This document shows positions 9,247-17,418 of a stretch of DNA of 46,212 nt, piece by piece. Below the pieces are notes generated by a model. That model saw only the letters and a list, made by a program, of their open reading frames with translations. It searched no databases and had not been told where the DNA came from. The position numbers and the translations under genes are program-made. Source of the stretch: a virus (lineage: Duplodnaviria; Caudoviricetes); the IMG/VR virus record IMGVR_UViG_3300045285_000042, positions 1 to 46,212 of that record. The stretch is one strand, 5' to 3'. Every line of letters starts with the position of its first letter. Position 1 is the stretch's first letter.

Positions 9247-9524
9247 GCGAACCCAAACCCGCGACAGGCGAACTTACTGAATCCGGCCACCCAAACGGAT
9301 GCGATTGCGATGGCTATACCTCAACAGGAAAATGGACGGTGGAATGGCTGGAAGCGCAGGACTTACCATCGCTTCCTCGCCGTGAAACACTTGTGGCAAT
9401 CTGTAAATTGGCCAACGCCGCACTCGCTGCCAAATCACTAGAGTCCTCAAAGGAACTGCTCATGGAGCGCGACGAGTTAAAGCAACAACTGGCCGCTGCT
9501 TGCCAAGATTGGAGGAAACCATGA
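9243..9524 (+). CDS. Modular repeat-array protein 3
   Basis: PKPATGE, insert, STGKWTVE..ANAALAA..KQQLAAA. TTGA-coupled. Confidence 0.8.
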   Translation: MSEPKPATGELTESGHPNGCDCDGYTSTGKWTVEWLEAQDLPSLPRRETLVAICKLANAALAAKSLESSKELLMERDELKQQLAAACQDWRKP

Positions 9525-10120
9525 GTAACGAAGTTGACCCCGGCTTTGACCCAAGGTATCGCGATAAATACGACAAAGCTACCTGCAACCCCGTGACAGG
9601 CGAATGGACGGCTGAGCACGTTAAGGAAATGTGCCAGTTCACGGCTAGCGACTTCAAGCTAATAGCCGACGCCCACAACGCCGCAATCGCTTACGAGAGA
9701 CAACTAAGGCCAGCATGGGACAAAATAAATCAGCTTAAGGACGAAATTAAAGAGTTAAAGGGTAATAAAATGACAGAGGGCGATTGCCAGATTGTGGTAG
9801 GAGCACTCGATTCACTCGGAGTTGCCCTTGCTGACAAGAAGCATCAGTGGACGGAAGGCGAACGAGCGATATACGAGAAAGCTATTGAGATAGCTCTTGG
9901 AATCGGGCGTAGAGAGCCGCCCACTCAAGCGTTCGCAGTAGAGATAAATGGAGAGGACGTATTGTTTGTGAGACTGGACGAGCACAACGCCGCACTCGCC
10001 GCCGAGAGGGAGATAAAGTCTGCCGAAAAGCTAATCCTTCTGGACGAGATAGCCAAGAACCAGCAACTCAAAGCACAACTGGCGGCAGCAGAGGAGGCAC
10101 TGAAGGCGTTATGCCAATAA
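9521..10120 (+). CDS. Modular repeat-array protein 4
   Basis: PVTGEWTAE..HNAAIA, then HNAALAAERE..KAQLAAA. Confidence 0.8.
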   Translation: MSNEVDPGFDPRYRDKYDKATCNPVTGEWTAEHVKEMCQFTASDFKLIADAHNAAIAYERQLRPAWDKINQLKDEIKELKGNKMTEGDCQIVVGALDSLGVALADKKHQWTEGERAIYEKAIEIALGIGRREPPTQAFAVEINGEDVLFVRLDEHNAALAAEREIKSAEKLILLDEIAKNQQLKAQLAAAEEALKALCQ

Positions 10121-10491
10121 ACGCAAGGCAAAAAGGCAAGCGAGGGGAAAGGGAGTTCAGGGATGTGCTCAGGGCAGCAGGCTACTGCAAAGCCCGCCGT
10201 GGCCAGCAGTTCAGCGGGGAGCAAGGCAACCCAGACGTGATTTGCCCAGAGTTGCCAAGCATCCACTGGGAAGTAAAGCGATGCCAAGCTAGCCAGCCCT
10301 ATAAATGGCTTAGTCAGGCATCCTACGACGGCATGAGCCTTGTCGTAAACGGAACCATTGTAAGCCGAATACCTGTTGTAGCCCACAAGCAAAATGGAAA
10401 GCAATGGATAGCCATTCTGCCAATGGACGATTTCTTAGAGATAGTAAGACGCAGCGACCTCCCCTCAGTAAACGGAAAGAGTGACTTATAG
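10111..10491 (+). CDS. Holliday-junction-resolvase-like PD-(D/E)xK nuclease
   Basis: NARQKGKRGERE, RRGQQFSG, PDV, HWEVKR. Confidence 0.8.
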   Translation: MPINARQKGKRGEREFRDVLRAAGYCKARRGQQFSGEQGNPDVICPELPSIHWEVKRCQASQPYKWLSQASYDGMSLVVNGTIVSRIPVVAHKQNGKQWIAILPMDDFLEIVRRSDLPSVNGKSDL

Positions 10492-10514
10492 ACGATTACT
10501 TTGTTTTCGACCGG

Positions 10515-10721
10515 ATGCTTGCAATCTGCAAAGACCGCAACATCAGCCCTTCAATTATAGTCCATGCAAGCAAACACAACCGCAAAGCATGGGACGGCAG
10601 CGATAGTATGCAAAGAGCCAAAGTCTTACAACTCCTGCGGGCCGAAGGCGTGCGGGTATGCGAACTGACCAGGCTAACAGCAATGACAACAATGGGAGTA
10701 CTGAAAGCATTAGCAAAATGA
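10515..10721 (+). CDS. Small putative HTH-like protein
   Basis: LRAEGVRVCELTRLTAMTTMGVLKAL resembles a helix-turn-helix. Confidence 0.45.
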   Translation: MLAICKDRNISPSIIVHASKHNRKAWDGSDSMQRAKVLQLLRAEGVRVCELTRLTAMTTMGVLKALAK

Positions 10722-10888
10722 CAAGAAGCCAATGGCAGGAACCAGCATTCAGGGCGGCTTATGCCCGCAAAGTGTATGCCGCAAAGAAGAAGGCAGGCGT
10801 AGCCCGCAAAGAACGTTACGGCGTATGGGCTGAGAGGGGCTTTTGCCCGCCAGTTATGCGGCAGGGGGTTTGTTTGCCTAGCGTATGA
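10718..10888 (+). CDS. Hypothetical basic protein
   Basis: ATGA overlaps on both sides. Confidence 0.55.
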   Translation: MTRSQWQEPAFRAAYARKVYAAKKKAGVARKERYGVWAERGFCPPVMRQGVCLPSV

Positions 10889-11103
10889 AAAATACGGGCG
10901 AATGTGAGAAATGCAAGCAAGCCGATATTCAGCTTGACCATAAGGACAGGATTATCAAGCAACTACGCACACAACTGGCGGCAGCGCAGGCTACGATAGC
11001 GCGTCACTGGTTAGCCAAGGTTGGCGATACAACCGCACTCGACGCAGCGATAGCCGAAGCCATTGAAAAAGCCAAAGAAAAAGGCTCCCAAAAGGGAGCC
11101 TAA
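10885..11103 (+). CDS. Coiled-coil protein sharing the QLRTQLAAA module with the repeat array
   Basis: CACAACTGGCGGCAGC is shared with about 10075-10090. Confidence 0.7.
   Translation: MKNTGECEKCKQADIQLDHKDRIIKQLRTQLAAAQATIARHWLAKVGDTTALDAAIAEAIEKAKEKGSQKGA
11072..11101 (-). terminator. Intrinsic terminator for the late (minus-strand) transcript
   Basis: Perfect stem AGGCTCCC-aaaa-GGGAGCCT (11082-11101) preceded by an A-tract (a U-tract on the minus strand), near the point of strand convergence. Confidence 0.7.
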
Positions 11104-11202
11104 GACTAAGCCGCTGACTAGAGAGCAGCTAATTTATATGTGGAAGATTGACGGTGGCAATATGAGTTGGGCTAGATGGTCGGCTTTGGTTGATGTGCCT
11201 AA

Positions 11203-11517
11203 ATGAAACAGTGGAAGAAATCAAGCCGTTGGCGTGCAGCCCGCCAGAAGGCCATAGACACGCAAGATGAATGGCTTTGGTGCAAGCTCTACCGTATGCA
11301 GCGGGGCGACCCCGTGTTTGGCCTGCCTTTTCATACCACTACAGACTCGCTCAACTCTCTGTCTAACTACTACTTCAGCCAGAGGCTGCTGAAGGCCGCC
11401 TGCAACTCTTTAGTGGACTTCTGCGTGTTTGCTATGCCGAAGCCACTACCGCCCAACATGGGAGCTACACGCGTCCGGTTTGTGCGCCCTGCTTCTTCCG
11501 CAAAGCAATCTCAATAG
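11203..11517 (+). CDS. Protein containing a diverged copy of the major capsid protein N-terminal segment
   Basis: YFSQRLLKA...LPPNMGATRVRFVRP versus capsid YFDKKLLTA...LPPGMGALTVRFTRP. Confidence 0.8.
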   Translation: MKQWKKSSRWRAARQKAIDTQDEWLWCKLYRMQRGDPVFGLPFHTTTDSLNSLSNYYFSQRLLKAACNSLVDFCVFAMPKPLPPNMGATRVRFVRPASSAKQSQ

Positions 11518-13150
11518 CTGCACGCTGTTCAGGCTTCAATTTAGACTTCATGCCGGGTCTAGGCATTACCGCTGCCTGCTGCTGCTTATTCAAAATTAGC
11601 TCTCCCGGAGTAAGGGCTGCTGGCACGGTATCTGTGCCGTAGCCCTGCAACTGCTGCATAGGAGGCACTTGGCTGACATCGCCGCCCATTGCATAGCTTT
11701 TGCCCATCTTGGGCTTAACCATGCCGCCGTAATGAAAGCCTATTGGCTGAGAGGGCGTAGGTTCTGGCGTAGGGCTAGGCTCCTCGTTCATGGCGCGTCT
11801 GCGCTTGTGCTCATTAAGCATTTCAAGGTAGCGATAGACAGAAGCCATTAAGTCAGGGTTATCCTGCATAGGCTCATCCTGCGCCACCCCGCCATCGGAG
11901 TACGGAATGGGGTTATCCTCGTTCGGGGCGGGATTCGGGCCAGCCCCAAGCTCTGACAGCACGGCCTTCACGCGAGGGTCATTGTAATCCACCTCCTGGT
12001 CGGTCATGGTTCTGCCTCCCGTGAAATTTCTCCGAATGAGGTCTTTATACCGCTTATCGTTGTCATTATTGACCATTGCAATTAGCTCTGACAATAAAGG
12101 AGATGTTCCCTTGGAAGATATAGGCTCCCCAGCTATTCCGCCATCGGAGAAATTCTGCTTCATAGGCAACCCGCCCCCGCCAATGCCTTGGCCGCCAGCC
12201 ATGCCTTTTGGCATGCCCATGCTGAAATTAGGGTTAAGATAAGGGGCATTAGCTATTGCATCCCTGAACCGGCCGCTGTGCAAAGCTATGTCAGCCCCTA
12301 AGTCAGAATGCCCGCCAGCCAAGGTTGGCAAGCTGCTTTCATTGTTCAGGAAGCCGCTGCCAGGGACTATCGGGCTACCCCTGCCGCCAAAGAAGCTTCC
12401 GCCGCCAGCAGGGGAGTTAGGGTCAACTATGCCGCTTGTGCCAATCGGCCCCATAGGGCCAGTTGGGTCATATCCGTTTCGGGTGTCATGGCCAAAGCCG
12501 CCAGTAGGCGGGAAATAGCCCATTGGCTTGCCAAGACCTCCAAGGTCTTTAGGGAACGGGCTACCGAGGCCACTGTTGCCACTACCGTCATCCTGTGGCT
12601 GTTGCTGTTGGCCGGGTTGACCTTGGTTCAGGTGAGAGTTATGGTACATGTCGCCAATCCGCTGCACCCCGCGAACAGCCCAGTAAGCCGCTTGAGCCGC
12701 AGGCGGCATAAACCGCATCCATGTCGGCATCGGCTGGTCATTGTAAACGGCTGGCAGGTCTGGTGGTTGAACCAGGTCGCCAATCCCCTGCGGCGGCGTG
12801 CCGTTGCCGATGCTGCCTTGTGAATAGTTGGTATTATCCGGTGGAGGAGGGCCAGCGGGCGGATAAGAACCCGGGCCGCCTTGACTAGGGGAAAGGTCGG
12901 GAGCCGAACTTGTGGGCGTTGGGCCAGTGTACGCGGCAGGAGGCAAGTCGCCGCCACCGCCGCCGTCATTAGCAGAGTCATTATACATCTGATACTGGCC
13001 TTCATGGGCTACGCCACCGTCCCAATACGGCTGCCTCGGCATATCGTTTGCTGGCATCTTGCCCATAGGCGGCACGCCTGCGTTATGGCTGAAATGAAAT
13101 CTTGGGCTAGGCTTAAAGCCTCTTTGACCTTTGGGCATTGGTAATTGCAT
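11465..13150 (-). CDS. Gly/Pro-rich virion-associated protein with (F/Y)xxGG repeats
   Basis: Five (F/Y)xxGGx motifs and C-terminal GTDTVPAALTPGELIL. Last gene of the late block. Confidence 0.75.
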   Translation of the reverse strand: MQLPMPKGQRGFKPSPRFHFSHNAGVPPMGKMPANDMPRQPYWDGGVAHEGQYQMYNDSANDGGGGGDLPPAAYTGPTPTSSAPDLSPSQGGPGSYPPAGPPPPDNTNYSQGSIGNGTPPQGIGDLVQPPDLPAVYNDQPMPTWMRFMPPAAQAAYWAVRGVQRIGDMYHNSHLNQGQPGQQQQPQDDGSGNSGLGSPFPKDLGGLGKPMGYFPPTGGFGHDTRNGYDPTGPMGPIGTSGIVDPNSPAGGGSFFGGRGSPIVPGSGFLNNESSLPTLAGGHSDLGADIALHSGRFRDAIANAPYLNPNFSMGMPKGMAGGQGIGGGGLPMKQNFSDGGIAGEPISSKGTSPLLSELIAMVNNDNDKRYKDLIRRNFTGGRTMTDQEVDYNDPRVKAVLSELGAGPNPAPNEDNPIPYSDGGVAQDEPMQDNPDLMASVYRYLEMLNEHKRRRAMNEEPSPTPEPTPSQPIGFHYGGMVKPKMGKSYAMGGDVSQVPPMQQLQGYGTDTVPAALTPGELILNKQQQAAVMPRPGMKSKLKPEQRAAIEIALRKKQGAQTGRV

Positions 13151-13254
13151 AAATTATTCGTCGTCCTGATTGCGATTGTCGTTGTAGATACAGCCAATCA
13201 GCACAAGCACAGCCATTATGATGGCTATGCCTAAGGCTATTCCGGGGAGAAGGC

Positions 13255-14826
13255 TCATTTGTCTTTTCCTATGTATCTGTCGGGCTGGATATTGACGCCA
13301 AAGAACTCTGCACCGCCCTCCAAAGCCGCTTCTGTTGCCGCCTTGTAGGCAAGCTGTGGGTTGTTCGTTATGGCGCGTATGACGTTCATGGACGTGCGGG
13401 TATCAACGCCATTGTCGCGTAAAGCCTCATGGAAGGCACTTACGGCGTGCCCCATGAAAATTGGTGTCTGCTGCCCGACTTCTTCCATCCAGTTCTTTCG
13501 GGGAAACTTATCGCTTCCAGCCTGACTAGACCAAGCAGACGGACGCCCGAACACGTCTTTGCCGGTAATAACCTCTTTGCCTAATCCTATTCCCGGTGTC
13601 AGCTTGTATTCGGCATACTTGCCCATTACTTCTTCCGGGGTTTGTTGTCCGAACTTAGGCTTTCCTGTTTTCGTCACTTCATTCCCGACAGCGGCCAGCT
13701 TGGCAAGCAGGGCTATAAGTTCCATAGAGCCGCGCATCCGATACACTTTACCTGCCGCCTTGTAACCCATATAATCGCCACGAATAGGCTTGTCCAGATT
13801 GACCTTTTGATTGCTGCCAGTAGCTTGCAGGTAAGCCTGGTTTAGCTTCAATGCGCTAAGCGTGACGGCAGTCCATGTAGCAGCCCTGCGAACGCGATTA
13901 AATGCAATAGTTCGTTCTTCAGGGGAGGGTGGCTGTATTCTGCCATTTGATAACTTTGATTCTATCGCACGTTCAAATGTTCCTATCGTCTTAATGGGGT
14001 CAACGATTGTCTTGACGATCTTGGATGGGACATACTGCGGGGCCAGGAGCGTTTTGCGTATAAACCCGCGTGTATTGACTTCCTCTGGAGAGCCTTTAAC
14101 TATCGCCCCCGTAGCCTTGGTGTACTCGTCTGCGATATACTTCATCATCTCAGGCGTGCGCTGTTCTGGCCGCAACTGGTCGATGAAACCTTCTGCTGAT
14201 TTATACCGTAGCCATCCGAGCGCGGAATCCATTGATCTGCCCGCCCATCCTGTCTTGTGAAATCCTTCTACTGAATCCTGCCCCAGTGGCATACCGGCAT
14301 CTTTAAGTTGCTGGTAATACTTCTGTTCGGTCAGGTCTTTCATCATGGCGTCATGCGCTGTCTCTGATAACGCCTTAAACCCCTTCAGGAACGTCCTGAC
14401 GAAAAGCACTGGATTAGTGGGGGCCATGTCCAGACCATGAATCATGGTTGTGACTGGCCCGTGAGCGAAAAGCAGGGTGCGGCGAGTGCCGTCATTAAGT
14501 AAGCCCATTAGCCGCTGCACGCCAGTCTTGTCCATCCCGGCTAAATACTGGTTGTTCTTGGAAATGAACTGCTGGGTAGCCTTCTGCCTCGCCCTGACAG
14601 CATCTGATGCCTTTCTCAGCGTCTTTGGGCCATCTAGTGCTTGAGCCATTAGGCGTCTTGGCATGTTGTATTCCTGAGCCATCCGCGAGATGACTTCATC
14701 GTGGGGAACGCCCTTATTAGCGCCTAGTTCATCGGCACGCGCCCAGAACGCAGCACGTTCTTCAGGTTTAATCTGCTTCTCAAACTGGTCGTTTGTAAGC
14801 TGGTTAAGAAAGCAAGGTTCAGCCAC
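13255..14826 (-). CDS. Putative DNA ejection / internal virion protein
   Basis: Helical protein with a C-terminal LTP.IG...E.ITGKD.FGRP segment typical of large podophage injection proteins, in the expected position. Confidence 0.65.
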   Translation of the reverse strand: MAEPCFLNQLTNDQFEKQIKPEERAAFWARADELGANKGVPHDEVISRMAQEYNMPRRLMAQALDGPKTLRKASDAVRARQKATQQFISKNNQYLAGMDKTGVQRLMGLLNDGTRRTLLFAHGPVTTMIHGLDMAPTNPVLFVRTFLKGFKALSETAHDAMMKDLTEQKYYQQLKDAGMPLGQDSVEGFHKTGWAGRSMDSALGWLRYKSAEGFIDQLRPEQRTPEMMKYIADEYTKATGAIVKGSPEEVNTRGFIRKTLLAPQYVPSKIVKTIVDPIKTIGTFERAIESKLSNGRIQPPSPEERTIAFNRVRRAATWTAVTLSALKLNQAYLQATGSNQKVNLDKPIRGDYMGYKAAGKVYRMRGSMELIALLAKLAAVGNEVTKTGKPKFGQQTPEEVMGKYAEYKLTPGIGLGKEVITGKDVFGRPSAWSSQAGSDKFPRKNWMEEVGQQTPIFMGHAVSAFHEALRDNGVDTRTSMNVIRAITNNPQLAYKAATEAALEGGAEFFGVNIQPDRYIGKDK

Positions 14827-16582
14827 AGGGAGTCATCCTTTTTACCATATCAGCAACCATTTCAGGAGTTGCGGGCCTAGCTTTAGGCAATGTTTTCTGG
14901 ATAATAGCGTCACGGGCAGCCACGGCTTCGCCTTCGGAAGTCCTGAGTTTTCTGCCGACACCGGCACGCTTCATTAGTTCGGCCTTCTGGACGGGCGTTG
15001 GTTCTTTCCCGCCGTTAGCGTCCATTGCCATCTGGTGCAGTCCGTCGAAAGTAGTAGGGTCAACCGGATGCTCACCCTGCATAGCCGCCATTGCCTCGCC
15101 GCCGCGTGTCATCACGGGCTGCATTTCCTGACGCCATGCCCTAGCGGCTTGGTCGGCAGCTTGAAAGCCTTGTTGCGCCTGCGGGTCAGACGGGCGCTGC
15201 TCTAGTAAATCTGCCGCCTGCCGCCTGTTCTGGGTGAGCCGTTCGTATTCAGCGCTTACGATGCCAACGTTACGAGGACTAACGTGGCCAGCCACAGCAG
15301 CACGAATAGGCATACGAGGGTCTTGCCCAGCGTTGATGTAGTCGCGGCCTTTCTGTCGCCAGTAGTCGGCATTTTGCCTGGTTCCGGGTGTGACTGCATC
15401 TGGCCCAAGTTCTTCTGTTGCGTAGCGCTCAGCAACGCCAATGTTGTCCGTTCGGCCAGTATCCGGTTGTTCCTGTCCCTCCACACCGACTGGTCGCTCA
15501 GCAGGGGCAGGCTGCTGTCCTGGCTGCTGCTCCACGGCTTGATCTGCTGGTCTTGGTTCATTCTGTGGCTTAAACTCTGGTACTTCAAGATTCAGCGGCT
15601 CCCGCAAAGTGTCAAATGCCCCCTCTGGCACAGCCTGTGTCGTGTCAAGGTGCTGATTGGCTATATTATCCAGTTCGTCGTTTATGGCGCTAATGCGTTC
15701 GTCAATGACGCCAGGAACGCTGCCCGTGGCCCTTTTGGCAATGTCGGCTGACAGGCGCAGGTCGTTTCGCTCCCGCATAAGCCGCAGTTCGTCAAGGGAA
15801 AGGGCTTCTCGGACAGACGGGGCAGGCTCAGTTGCTTCTTCTGGCGCGGGGGCTGGTTCCGGCCCAGTGGCATTAGCCGCTTGGACTTCCTGCTCAGTAG
15901 GCTCAGATTGCTGGTAGCGTTGAGTCTGCGGCTCTACTTTAGCAGGCTCCTGCGGTGTTGACCCCGCCTGGGCATCAGAACGCGCTACAGGGCTTTCTGG
16001 CGCGTTTACGGGGGCTTCTGGCGGCTGTTCTGCTGGCTTTACGTCCTCTGGCGACAAAGCCTTGCGGATTTCCTCTATCGGACTGCCACGCATGGCCCCT
16101 GCGGCCAAGGCTGCACCAACGCCTGTATTGTAAAAGTTCTGGCTGCCTATTTCTTCTTCAGGGCTAACTGGATACCCGGCAAACCTTTTCAGGGTTGGGC
16201 CAGCAATGTCTTGCGGCTGCTGATACAGATGGGCTAAATCATCCCAGTTCGTGAACATGCTTTCCATGCCCCGAATAGGGTGCTCAAGCATAGGCTGAAC
16301 ATTGGCACGCAAGGCCTCTGCCAATGGCGTTGGCTCTGTGCCTGCCGTGGCGGCATTAGGCTCAAATCCTACTTGGCCCGTTCTGGCCTGATCTTCAGGC
16401 GACATAGCCTGAATCTGTGGCGGGCCAGCGTCAGGCGTAACCACTTGCGGGTCGTAGGTCGGTACATCGGCTACGGCTGTAGCTGGTGCGCCAACCACGT
16501 CAAATGGTTGCGACGGGTCAAAAGTCGGAGCAGCCTTGGGCTGATCTACGACTTCAAAGGGATGGTTGGGGTCAAATGCCAT
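14819..16582 (-). CDS. Putative DNA ejection / internal virion protein
   Basis: N-terminal FDPNHPFEVV/FDPSQPFDVV repeats and Pro/Glu/Gln-rich linkers. TAATG-coupled start at 16582. Confidence 0.65.
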   Translation of the reverse strand: MAFDPNHPFEVVDQPKAAPTFDPSQPFDVVGAPATAVADVPTYDPQVVTPDAGPPQIQAMSPEDQARTGQVGFEPNAATAGTEPTPLAEALRANVQPMLEHPIRGMESMFTNWDDLAHLYQQPQDIAGPTLKRFAGYPVSPEEEIGSQNFYNTGVGAALAAGAMRGSPIEEIRKALSPEDVKPAEQPPEAPVNAPESPVARSDAQAGSTPQEPAKVEPQTQRYQQSEPTEQEVQAANATGPEPAPAPEEATEPAPSVREALSLDELRLMRERNDLRLSADIAKRATGSVPGVIDERISAINDELDNIANQHLDTTQAVPEGAFDTLREPLNLEVPEFKPQNEPRPADQAVEQQPGQQPAPAERPVGVEGQEQPDTGRTDNIGVAERYATEELGPDAVTPGTRQNADYWRQKGRDYINAGQDPRMPIRAAVAGHVSPRNVGIVSAEYERLTQNRRQAADLLEQRPSDPQAQQGFQAADQAARAWRQEMQPVMTRGGEAMAAMQGEHPVDPTTFDGLHQMAMDANGGKEPTPVQKAELMKRAGVGRKLRTSEGEAVAARDAIIQKTLPKARPATPEMVADMVKRMTPCG

Positions 16583-17418
16583 TACTGAACTGGCTGCCAA
16601 CTACCGTCTGCTTGCTTCTCGTAAACTACGCCACCCTGATTGACTTTAGTGCCTACCGGATATTGACCGGCAGCGTTCTTTGGCGGCATACCGGGGGCTT
16701 GGCTAGCCTGATTCACGTCATTTGAGCTAACCGTGCCTGCGCCCTTGCCGCCTGCTGGGACTCTGGTGTCGGGCGGGAGAGGCGCGTCTGGTGGCGGGGC
16801 TGATTCGTCGTCAGGGTAAACCGTCTGCGGGTCAAGTGAAGGCGCATTCTTGCCTGTGCCGTTCCTATATTGAGAGGCCGCCGTAAACATGGGGAACCAT
16901 TGGCCACCGCTGCCCCTGCGCCATTCACGACCTTGCTCGTCCGTAACGGTTTCTGGCGATGCCGGGTTATACCCGCTGGTGTCGCCAGTGCCGCCGCCTG
17001 ACCACCGGCTATTAGCCAAGGCGTTCGTTGAGTTGATTTTCGCTTGCTCTAGCTGAGCCTTGTAAGGGTCGCCTGCCAGCTTCTCGGCTTTAAGCGCATC
17101 CGTGCCGCCGTAATCTGGAACCTTGTCGGGGTCTTGGTAGCCACCGTAAGGGTCGTTCGGATACTGCTGCCCGTAGATGGCCGCATTAGCCGCATCATTG
17201 GCTGAACTAGCATTCTGCTGCTGGCCATAGGCGCTGGCTGCGCTGCCTATGCCTTTTATCATGTCCTGATATTGCTGTTGCTGTATCTCCTGATCGTGAT
17301 ATTGCTTTTGCAGGAGAGCAGCCACGATAGGGGCTATGCTGACTGTCTCAGGCTTGTATTGCGATTGTATCTGGGCGGCTGTGTTTGTTTGACCTTGGCT
17401 TGGGTTTGACCAGTTCAC
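16582..17418 (-). CDS. Putative ejection protein
   Basis: Gln/Ala/Gly-rich, in the ejection-gene position. Confidence 0.6.
   Translation of the reverse strand: MNWSNPSQGQTNTAAQIQSQYKPETVSIAPIVAALLQKQYHDQEIQQQQYQDMIKGIGSAASAYGQQQNASSANDAANAAIYGQQYPNDPYGGYQDPDKVPDYGGTDALKAEKLAGDPYKAQLEQAKINSTNALANSRWSGGGTGDTSGYNPASPETVTDEQGREWRRGSGGQWFPMFTAASQYRNGTGKNAPSLDPQTVYPDDESAPPPDAPLPPDTRVPAGGKGAGTVSSNDVNQASQAPGMPPKNAAGQYPVGTKVNQGGVVYEKQADGSWQPVQ

Larger units (their letters stand above)
8423..10092 (+). repeat. Interspersed in-frame DNA repeats CCGCGACAGGCGAA(TGGACGG) and AATCAACGCCGCACTCGC(CGCCGAG)
   Basis: About 7-10 imperfect copies of the first motif and 7 of the second, alternating and separated by unrelated sequence. 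Confidence 0.9.

Noticed and set aside
8423-10120. CRISPR array or diversity-generating retroelement
   Set aside because: The repeats are of two alternating types, degenerate and protein-coding, with spacers of 60-140 bp. There are no cas genes, no reverse transcriptase and no TR/VR pair with adenine-specific mismatches.
14810-14830. Programmed +1 frameshift fusing the two large ejection ORFs
   Set aside because: The 8-nt overlap with a GTG start fits the translational coupling seen throughout the genome, and there is no convincing slippery site.
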